Source: Promethearchaeota archaeon
Lineage (GTDB): Archaea > Asgardarchaeota > Lokiarchaeia > Sigyniarchaeales > SOKP01
Assembly (NCBI GenBank): GCA_048941185.1
Contig: JBHLNW010000006.1
Coordinates: 1,115-65,114 of the forward strand
Length of the DNA stretch: 64,000 nt
Direction: 5' to 3'
Shown: piece after piece, positions 9,554-17,422 of the stretch
Position numbering within the stretch: the first letter of the stretch is position 1
Layout: every line of letters begins with the position of its first letter
Position numbers and translations under genes: made by a program
Notes under the pieces: model-generated
The model's input: the letters and a program-made list of their open reading frames with translations, nothing else
Database searches by the model: none
What the model was told of the DNA's origin: nothing

Positions 9554-10864
9554 TTATACTCCTCCTTTTCTTGATGCTAAAGTAAATTTTTCAAAAGTGC
9601 CAATGTGATCTTTCACCTGAGAAAGTATCTCTGATTTATTTAAATCTACATTAAATCCTTTAATTATTGTGTCTGCGAATCTCTCTGCTTGATTAACACC
9701 CCATACTGTCTGACCATAACAGCCAGTACAAGGAGCATTAACTCTTATACATAAAGCACCGCAGCCAGCTCTAGTGACAGGGCCCATACAGACATATCCT
9801 TGTTCTATAAGACAATCATCCATATTAGGAAGCCCTTCATAATCTCTCTTTACTCGAGTCATAGTTGATTTGCTTCCGATAATTCTCGGACATGTATCAC
9901 AAACATTTGATATTTCAGTAAAATCACGGTTATTGCCTAGAAATCCTAGTAAAGTGGATGAAATCTCTTCTGTTGTTGGTGGTAAATTCGCTAAGGGTGT
10001 TTCAGGAGCACCTCGTTTCTTGATTTGTTTTAATATATCTCCTGCTAGATCAAAACCTGCCATAAGTGGTACACCTAAAAACAATGTTGAGAACTCAAAT
10101 ATGGATTTTTTATCACCTGAACTGAGTGGTGTAAGATTTTTCACCATATTATTTAATTTGTCAGCTCTGGAATCCACTGTTTTAGCTGGTCCGTAACAAC
10201 CTACACATGGTTTATTTTCACTTGTACATTTTAAATTACAACCTATACTAGTGATAGAACCAAAACATAAATGACCTGCATCTAACAAACAATTATCTTT
10301 AATACTACAATCATTACAGAATGCGAGATCATTCATTGGGAATGGTTTTTGACCTAGTAAAAATACGACGGCACTGATAATTTGCTCTGGTTTTGGAGGA
10401 CAACCTGCCATGTAAACATCTACATTAATAACTTCATCAACATTAATCACTTTATCCTGAAATTCAGGAACATGTCGGGTTGGAATTGTAGGGGTTTCAT
10501 TTGTAGCGGATTCAATTTCTACAAATTTTCGTTTTTTTAGTGTTTCGATATCCCATTGGTTCGCTAATCCTGTTACATTTCCATATGTAGCACAACTGCC
10601 AAATGCAATGATTAGTACACATTTTTCCCTCATTAATTTGACACTTTCCAAGTCTTGTTTAGTTCTTATCGAACCTTCGATAAAACCCACTAAGATAGAC
10701 CCCGCATCTCTAGCTTTCAATGAATCTTCTTTAAAATCGACTACAGCTGGCCAATATACAAATTCAAGTGCTGGTAGAACGGGCAACAATCCCAAATGTG
10801 CGTTTAGGAGGGATTGGTGACAGCCCCAACAGTCACTTAGTTGCATAAAAGCTACTTTCACCAT
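9554..10864 (-). CDS. mvhG: [NiFe] hydrogenase small subunit, group 3 (MvhG-like), extended
   Basis: N-terminus MQLSDCWGCHQS is the proximal-cluster motif. Two Cys-rich modules ending PCxGCYG. Lies immediately upstream of the large subunit. Confidence 0.85.
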   Translation of the reverse strand: MVKVAFMQLSDCWGCHQSLLNAHLGLLPVLPALEFVYWPAVVDFKEDSLKARDAGSILVGFIEGSIRTKQDLESVKLMREKCVLIIAFGSCATYGNVTGLANQWDIETLKKRKFVEIESATNETPTIPTRHVPEFQDKVINVDEVINVDVYMAGCPPKPEQIISAVVFLLGQKPFPMNDLAFCNDCSIKDNCLLDAGHLCFGSITSIGCNLKCTSENKPCVGCYGPAKTVDSRADKLNNMVKNLTPLSSGDKKSIFEFSTLFLGVPLMAGFDLAGDILKQIKKRGAPETPLANLPPTTEEISSTLLGFLGNNRDFTEISNVCDTCPRIIGSKSTMTRVKRDYEGLPNMDDCLIEQGYVCMGPVTRAGCGALCIRVNAPCTGCYGQTVWGVNQAERFADTIIKGFNVDLNKSEILSQVKDHIGTFEKFTLASRKGGV

Positions 10865-11294
10865 TTTTACATCAAATTTTTTTTTTAATTTTTATAAATT
10901 ATTAAACGCTTTTTTAAAAAAGAATTGATGTTTAAAATTATGCTGTATGTTATTAAAAAATTTCTGCTTTCTAAATAAGGGGTATATATATATGTTTCAA
11001 AATTAAACATAAATGCAGTAAAAATAAGCGAATAATAAAAAAAAAAAATTAAATTTAAATTCGATTTTTAAAATATTTGGAGATTTTCTAAAATTTCTTA
11101 AGCATAAATCTTTGAAAATCTAAAAATATTTAGCAAGAGTAAATAGATTTTATAAAAATATAGCTATATTGTATAAATTAATGCTTTATTTAGTTCTTTT
11201 TGTAAATTTGTGAAATTTCCTGAAAAAATAAGGTATTATAGTAATTATATTTTAATTGGAATAGAATTATAAGTTCAAGTAAAGAAAAGTAACA

Positions 11295-11858
11295 TCAAAA
11301 AGAGCCGCACCCATTGCATTTTCCATCAAGATATGCGGCACAATCATTACAAACATTTCCACAGTTCTCCTCTTGGCTTTTTTGGCTGAAGAGATTAAGT
11401 GGCAAAAATTTAGGTGTGATAAGTTCTGACACAAAAATGGTAGCAGCATGAAGAATCCCTTTTTTATTTGTAGGCCCACAGAAATTAATATATCTATGTA
11501 AAACATCAATACTTTGACCAATTATCCCTAAAATTAGATTATATTGACCGGTTACGTGTGCTAACAAAAAGACTCTGGGACAAGCTTCATATGCTTTAAT
11601 AATTTTTTGAACTTCGTCGTAATTACTCATTTCCATTAATATAATTGCAACTTTATACTTAAGGTTATTTATATTTGTATTAGCTTGAATTTTAAGAATC
11701 CCAGTATCTTCTAATTTAGAAATACGCTTTGCAATTCCAGTATGACTCATAGTCTCAGTACCGGATTTAAAAATTATTTTTTCCAAGTTTGTTAAACTTT
11801 CACGACCATTGTCAAACAACGCATTTAATATTTGTTTGTCTATTCCATCTAATTGCAT
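11295..11858 (-). CDS. Lrp/AsnC-family HTH protein with Cys-rich C-terminal tail
   Basis: IDKQILNALFDNGRESL..IAKRISKLEDTGILK HTH followed by an RAM-like domain. The tail is CGNVCNDCAAYLDGKCNGCGSF (C-x3-C-x2-C-x7-C-x2-C). Confidence 0.7.
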   Translation of the reverse strand: MQLDGIDKQILNALFDNGRESLTNLEKIIFKSGTETMSHTGIAKRISKLEDTGILKIQANTNINNLKYKVAIILMEMSNYDEVQKIIKAYEACPRVFLLAHVTGQYNLILGIIGQSIDVLHRYINFCGPTNKKGILHAATIFVSELITPKFLPLNLFSQKSQEENCGNVCNDCAAYLDGKCNGCGSF

Positions 11859-12244
11859 AATTTTCTAAATATTAATCAGTAGTTTTGTTAATTATATCTT
11901 AATTTACAGCTTTTAAAGTTTGTCGTTTATAAACAATATGAATATGACTAAAGTAGAGAAAATATTGAATCATTTAAGGTTTTTCAAAAAATGTTAATAT
12001 TTTGATGTTAATTACATAATTTTTTAGAACTTTTTTATTTTTGCCATCTATTAGTTTTATTTTTGAAAGTTTTATTTTTAGTAGTGATTAAGATTTTAGA
12101 TTAAATATTCTACATTGAATGAATATAATATTTTTGATTTTTCAAATTGAAACTTTTAGTTAAAATTTGATGTAAATCGAAACTGAAAAGGATTTGGTGG
12201 TTGAGATTATCCAAATTCTTTAAATATAAAGATTTCTTTTTTAT

Positions 12245-12832
12245 ATGAAAGTTTCTAGTAATATTATTATGCCATTAGATCAGATTGATAAACAGATTCT
12301 AAGTGCATTGTTTAATGATGGACGTGAGAGCTTAAGTTCCTTAAGTAAAAGTATTAAGAAATCTAATCATGATACTATGAGTCATGCAGGAATTGCAAAC
12401 CGTATTTCTAAATTAGAAGATTCAGGTACCCTTAAAATTCAAGGAAATATAAGTGTTAAGAACTTAAATTACTATGTAGCATTCATTTTGATGGAAATGA
12501 AAAATTATGAAGAGGTTCAGAAAGTTAGTGAAGCGTATGTGGAATGCCCAAGAGTTTTTTTATTAGCACATGTGACTGGTCAATATAATTTGATATTTGG
12601 AGTAATAGGGCAAGATATTGATGCTTTGCGCAGATATATTAACTTTTGTGGTCCTACAAATAAAAAAGGAGTATTACATTCTGCAATTATATTCACTGCT
12701 GATTTTATAGTACCTAAATTTCTCCCTCTTAACCTTTTTAGTGGCATAAGTAAAGAACATAAATGTGAGAATATATGTAAGAGGTGCGATGCCTTTATTG
12801 ATGGTAAATGCGGTGGGTGTGGTAATTTTTAA
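12245..12832 (+). CDS. Lrp/AsnC-family HTH protein with Cys-rich tail (paralog of 11295..11858)
   Basis: Collinear with the neighbour along its whole length. The tail is CENICKRCDAFIDGKCGGCGNF. The two genes are divergently oriented. Confidence 0.7.
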   Translation: MKVSSNIIMPLDQIDKQILSALFNDGRESLSSLSKSIKKSNHDTMSHAGIANRISKLEDSGTLKIQGNISVKNLNYYVAFILMEMKNYEEVQKVSEAYVECPRVFLLAHVTGQYNLIFGVIGQDIDALRRYINFCGPTNKKGVLHSAIIFTADFIVPKFLPLNLFSGISKEHKCENICKRCDAFIDGKCGGCGNF

Positions 12833-13193
12833 TATAAGTGGGTTTACTACTTAATATAAGATTATTCAAGTAATAAAAAATTTTTATCCCAAAATTGCTT
12901 CTAATCTATTTTAAAAAATGGCAGGAGATAAATAACTTTATAATCTTACTAATGAATTTTATTCTTTGAGATCCTTATCATTGATTACTTGCTATTATAT
13001 TGTAAGAATGGTTTGATTTAAGTTTCAAATCCAAATAATTTATGAAAAATTGTTAAATATTGAAACATAGTGAAGTTTGATTGTTTAAATTATCCTATTT
13101 AAGTAATGCTTATAAAAGAAGCTTTTTTCTTAAATTTGAAACAATTTACTTATAAATATTCAAAAATGTAAAAAATTTAAAGTGAGATAGAAC

Positions 13194-13841
13194 GTGAACA
13201 AAAAATTTCTACGATTGTTCATACTGGTATTCTTTATTTTCGCAATAATAGGTACTGTCAGTGCGTGGCCAGGTTATATGATAGAATGGGAAGAAACAGA
13301 TCATGGTACATGTCATGCGGGAACATATACAGAGTCAGCAGGTACATTATCTGCAACTATTTCACCCGCAAATATTACAACAGCAATAATCGATCCCGGA
13401 ACTCAATTTAATGTTACACTTACTATAACTGGATTTACAGCAGCGGCAAATAAGCACGTACTAGTTGGTATATCCGCTCGAATTAGTGATAATCATAATT
13501 TCTTTTTTGGAGTTTATAATTATTCAGGAGAACTTGTATCATCGGCGTTTGAGGTGGGATTAGATGCTTCTGGAAATGGTAATAGTACTGTAACAATGAT
13601 TGTATTTGCTCCTGTAACAGGTGGTAGTCATACATTAACTATTGTAGCTGTTGACGGTGGAGAATCATTCCCAACAGTCCAACCATTTAATTATATTAAA
13701 ACATTAATAACTGTCACCGTTAAATCTACTTCTGCTGGAGGAATTCCTGGATTTGAACTAATCTTTATCTTTGCTTCCGCACTTCTTGCCATTATCCCCA
13801 TAGTTCTCGTTATACTCCATAAAAAAAAAGCAAGGAGATGA
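13194..13841 (+). CDS. secreted single-Cys 'HxxCH' domain protein with PGF-CTERM-like anchor (candidate monoheme c-type protein)
   Basis: GTG start and signal peptide ..IIGTVSA. HGTCH, with the Cys codon at 13311-13313, is the only Cys. Beta-rich T/V/S domain. Tail is PGFELIFIFASALLAIIPIVLVILHKKKARR. Confidence 0.6.
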   Translation: MNKKFLRLFILVFFIFAIIGTVSAWPGYMIEWEETDHGTCHAGTYTESAGTLSATISPANITTAIIDPGTQFNVTLTITGFTAAANKHVLVGISARISDNHNFFFGVYNYSGELVSSAFEVGLDASGNGNSTVTMIVFAPVTGGSHTLTIVAVDGGESFPTVQPFNYIKTLITVTVKSTSAGGIPGFELIFIFASALLAIIPIVLVILHKKKARR

Positions 13842-13847
13842 TTTGAA

Positions 13848-14513
13848 ATGAAAAGAAATAAAATATTCATTTTAGTTGTAATAGCAGTTTTAATGGTGGG
13901 AATTATCGGGACAAGTGTGGCATATCCAACAGAAATTCAATATTATCAAGGAGCTTCACATACAGGCTGTCATGGCTCGAGTGATGCAGCCTTATCAGGA
14001 ACCTTAACCGTATCAGCATCAACTTCAGGAAGATTAATTACACTTACAAGCTCAATTCAAGGTTTTGCTGATGCTCTTGAATCTAATAATAATAGATCGG
14101 GAAGTTTCGCTATTGCTATTCCTTTCGAACTTGGAGATAATAAAGAATTTGGTTTAGGAATTGCACAAAACACCGTAAATGGGGTAACTGATTATTGGGG
14201 TGTTGGGATATGGGAAGTTGAATTAGATGCGAATGGTAATACAGTTAATGCACTGAGATTTAGAGTATTAGCACCTCAAGCTGATGGAACTTATAATTTA
14301 ATGGTCGCTGTCGTAAACGCTATGAATACAACTGGTGCCGCACAAAATATTATTTATCTACATAAAGCAGTAGTAGTCACTGTGACTTCAGGTTCTATTA
14401 CGATTGCTTCTTTAGTGCTATTTATTCCATTCAACAGTGTATCATTACTCGTTTCTGGTGGGATTATTGCATCTGTAGTAATTATCTTATTAATTAGACG
14501 TAAGAGAAAATAA
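13848..14513 (+). CDS. secreted single-Cys 'HxxCH' domain protein, C-terminal TM anchor (paralog)
   Basis: Signal peptide, then HTGCH (Cys codon 13968-13970) as the only Cys. GDNKEF motif shared with the paralogs. C-terminal TM followed by RRKRK. Confidence 0.6.
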   Translation: MKRNKIFILVVIAVLMVGIIGTSVAYPTEIQYYQGASHTGCHGSSDAALSGTLTVSASTSGRLITLTSSIQGFADALESNNNRSGSFAIAIPFELGDNKEFGLGIAQNTVNGVTDYWGVGIWEVELDANGNTVNALRFRVLAPQADGTYNLMVAVVNAMNTTGAAQNIIYLHKAVVVTVTSGSITIASLVLFIPFNSVSLLVSGGIIASVVIILLIRRKRK

Positions 14514-14638
14514 AATTTAACTTAAATTTTTTTTTTTTTATAATCTCAAATTTTAAATGTTAAAAAAAAATGTCTTAAATGAAAAAATAGTAATTTTTAT
14601 GAAAGAAAATCAAAATTATAAATTTAAAATATTCTATA

Positions 14639-15370
14639 ATGAATTTCCCGAAATTATTTAAATCCAATTTCATATTAATCCTTTCTTTAATAATATTAAT
14701 AACTAATTTTCTTCTAATTGTAACATTGACTTCGTTAAACTTAATAATATGGGGAAGTCCGAATCGTATAGTATATATAATTTTTTTTTACCATGTTTCT
14801 GGCGCATGGCTAGCATATTTATCATTTGGTATAAGTTTATTATTTCACGTCCTTTATTTAAAGAAAAGACAAATAAATTGGAACCGTTTAGGTACAAATA
14901 GTATTATTGTTGGAGTATTCTTTACTACATTTACTTTGATTACTGGATCATTATGGTATAATGCCACTTCTGGAGATTATAATAACGTTTTTTGGCAGTG
15001 GAGTGATGGGAGACAAACTATGACCTTAGTATTACTTTTATGTTATCTAGCTTACCTAATATTTAGAAATTTGATTGAGGATAAAGAAAAAAGAGCAAAA
15101 TTATCTTCAGTCCTTGGTATCACATTATTTCCTACAATTCCCTTAAGTTACTTCTCAGCAATTATATTTACAAGTTTACATCCCTTAATTAATCCGACTC
15201 CAGGAGAACCAGGAAATATATATTGGGATCCAGTTAAATTATTTATGTTAATTTTTAACTTAATTGGAATAACCATTTTATTTTTATATGCTATTCAAAG
15301 ATTAGGAGAATTAGATAAAGCAAAAGAAAAGTTAGATATAATTATACAAAAAAGGTTAGTGGAGGAATAA
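14639..15370 (+). CDS. ccmC: heme exporter/handling protein CcmC
   Basis: Six TM segments. First heme-ligand motif YHVSGAW, a divergent WWD region FWQWSDGRQT, and second His motif TSLHP. Confidence 0.8.
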   Translation: MNFPKLFKSNFILILSLIILITNFLLIVTLTSLNLIIWGSPNRIVYIIFFYHVSGAWLAYLSFGISLLFHVLYLKKRQINWNRLGTNSIIVGVFFTTFTLITGSLWYNATSGDYNNVFWQWSDGRQTMTLVLLLCYLAYLIFRNLIEDKEKRAKLSSVLGITLFPTIPLSYFSAIIFTSLHPLINPTPGEPGNIYWDPVKLFMLIFNLIGITILFLYAIQRLGELDKAKEKLDIIIQKRLVEE

Positions 15371-15375
15371 TTTAA

Positions 15376-15528
15376 ATGTTACTACAATATTTCTATCCCG
15401 ATTTAATAACAATAAGTGTTAGTTATATATTATTTTGGTTAGTTATTATATTTCTAATTTTATATCCTAAAATTCGATTAAAGAAGATATTGAAAAGAAT
15501 TGAAAAATTAGATAAAAACTTAAAATAA
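15376..15528 (+). CDS. ccmD: CcmD-like small single-TM protein (not in ORF track)
   Basis: My manual translation is MLLQYFYPDLITISVSYILFWLVIIFLILYPKIRLKKILKRIEKLDKNLK (50 aa). It sits in the canonical slot between ccmC and ccmE. The assignment rests on position and topology only. Confidence 0.4.
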   Translation: MLLQYFYPDLITISVSYILFWLVIIFLILYPKIRLKKILKRIEKLDKNLK

Positions 15529-15532
15529 AAGG

Positions 15533-15886
15533 ATGATAGTGATGAAGCTGAAAAAGACTAAAATTATAGCAATAGTTGGAATCGCTATATCTGTGATCAT
15601 TATAATCACATTGCTTACAACAAGTGCACGCCCTTACCTTAAGGTTTCTCAAGTCGCTTTAAATCCCTCAAAGTATGATAATAAACAAATTCAGATTATA
15701 GGGATCGTTGAGGGATTTGCTGGTAACGATTTTAATTTAACTGAAAGTGAATATAGCATTTATATTGATATAAACGGATTGCCTCCTCCAACTGATTTGA
15801 AAAATGGAATTGAAGTTGTTGTAACTGGTCTATTTAATTCCTCCTTGATTTTAGTTGCTACTCAGATTCTTACACAATGTAGTTAG
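15533..15886 (+). CDS. ccmE: heme chaperone CcmE, Cys-type, C-terminally truncated variant
   Basis: N-terminal TM anchor and an OB-fold-like body. The C-terminus ..VATQILTQCS aligns with E. coli ..ADEVLAKH(130)DENY, putting the Cys (15878-15880) at the heme-binding position. The protein stops one residue later. Confidence 0.7.
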   Translation: MIVMKLKKTKIIAIVGIAISVIIIITLLTTSARPYLKVSQVALNPSKYDNKQIQIIGIVEGFAGNDFNLTESEYSIYIDINGLPPPTDLKNGIEVVVTGLFNSSLILVATQILTQCS

Positions 15887-15893
15887 ATCCTAT

Positions 15894-16619
15894 TTAATCA
15901 TATAAAAGATAATCTGAAGTTAAAGCCATAATTGAGCTCATTAGAATAATATGGGCACAAAAAAATATTATTTCATAGTATAAACTTGTTATTACTTCAC
16001 CTTCCAGGATTTTTATATTGATTGAAATAATGGGTGTAATAATGGGAAGAATCAAGGGAAAAAGCAAAATTGGTAAAATAAAAGATTTATTTTTAACATA
16101 CATAGAGAAAGCAGATACTAAACTTCCGCATATAGACAGATCTAATGTTGGTAATAACACTCCCAAAATAATATAAATTATTAATTGAGTTACATTAAAG
16201 TTGCTTATTGAAGGTGCGGATATAAAAGTACTAAACAGAAAAAGGATTATCTCTATAAAAGTTAATAATATTAGACAAAAGATGATTTTACTTGCAATTA
16301 TTAGGTTAGCAGATATAGGGGATGAAAGTATTCCTCCAATTGTTCCAGATTCTTTCTCTTTAACGAAAAGTCTAGACATAATATAAACAAGTGTAAAAAA
16401 AATGATGAGCCAATTTTCAATGACAAAAATCTCTAATGGCATATTTTGATATTGAGTACCGAAATTGTATACTGAAGAAAATATAAAGATTGATATTAAA
16501 TCAAAGAGAAAAATCGAAAATAAATCATTAATTTGTCTAAGTTCAGATCTTATGTCTTTAGTTAAAATTACTTTTAGCAATTTAATCTTTGATTTTAAGG
16601 TCAAGTTCGCATTTTTCAA
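15894..16619 (-). CDS. ccmB: heme exporter membrane subunit CcmB
   Basis: About 6-TM, 241-aa protein immediately downstream of the ABC ATPase within the ccm locus. Confidence 0.65.
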   Translation of the reverse strand: MKNANLTLKSKIKLLKVILTKDIRSELRQINDLFSIFLFDLISIFIFSSVYNFGTQYQNMPLEIFVIENWLIIFFTLVYIMSRLFVKEKESGTIGGILSSPISANLIIASKIIFCLILLTFIEIILFLFSTFISAPSISNFNVTQLIIYIILGVLLPTLDLSICGSLVSAFSMYVKNKSFILPILLFPLILPIITPIISINIKILEGEVITSLYYEIIFFCAHIILMSSIMALTSDYLLYD

Positions 16620-16631
16620 AATAAGATCCTC

Positions 16632-17345
16632 CTAAAAATAAGATTTAATTTCAGTTTCATTGAATTGCTCATTTAAAAAAGCTTTATTGATTTTTCCTTG
16701 TTTTAATATTATTAAATCATCGCAAATTTGTTGGAATACTTCAATTTTATGTGTTGCAAGTATTATCGATATTTTTTCATTATTTTTTAATTCTTTAAAG
16801 AAATTAATTAACATGGCAGTTGCATTATAATCTAATCCTGAAAATGGTTCGTCTAAAAATAATATTGAAGGGTTATGTATTAAAGCTCTAATTAATTCAA
16901 CTTTTTGCTTCATCCCATGGGATAGAACTCCTACAGGTTCATTTATCCAATCTTTTAAATGAAATTTTTCTACTAATTGTTCAATTTTTGACTTCAAAAT
17001 AGTTTTTTTAAAATTTAGATGTAAATTACCATAAAATGTTAAATTTTCAAAAATAGTTAGTTCTTCATAAAGAAAGGATTCATCAGTGGTAATTCCAATA
17101 TTTTGTTTTAAAATGTTTGAATGATCTTTATAGCTCATACCCTCAATTTCAATAGTCCCAAAAGTGGGTTTGAGCAATCCTGATAAAATTTTAATTAAAG
17201 TCGTTTTTCCGGCCCCATTCGCTCCTGCTATCCCAAATATAGTATTTTCTCTTATCATAAAAGATATTTTTTTAAGTGCAAGGAAATATCCAAATTGCTT
17301 TGATATTTTATTACATCTTATTATATTTTTATCGGATTTATCCAT
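16632..17345 (-). CDS. ccmA: heme exporter ABC ATPase CcmA
   Basis: Walker A GANGAGKTT, ABC signature LSHGMKQKV and Walker B ILFLDEP. Confidence 0.8.
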   Translation of the reverse strand: MDKSDKNIIRCNKISKQFGYFLALKKISFMIRENTIFGIAGANGAGKTTLIKILSGLLKPTFGTIEIEGMSYKDHSNILKQNIGITTDESFLYEELTIFENLTFYGNLHLNFKKTILKSKIEQLVEKFHLKDWINEPVGVLSHGMKQKVELIRALIHNPSILFLDEPFSGLDYNATAMLINFFKELKNNEKISIILATHKIEVFQQICDDLIILKQGKINKAFLNEQFNETEIKSYF

Positions 17346-17422
17346 AGGTTCAAATCAATCTTTTTACGACTATTTTAAAACTTAATAAAGAGAAGTAATT
17401 AAAATTAAAAAAAAAATATTTT

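Noticed and set aside
11267-11521. 84-aa minus-strand ORF overlapping the 3' part of the Lrp-like gene in another frame
   Set aside because: The alternative frame lies inside a gene with a clear paralog-supported reading frame, and there is no independent signal.
11295-12832. Calling the two Lrp-like genes ahbA/ahbB outright
   Set aside because: The HTH-plus-RAM-like layout fits either Lrp regulators or AhbA/B. The Cys-rich tails are not a feature I know from AhbA/B, and no ahbC/ahbD is in the window. I kept it only as an alternative hypothesis.
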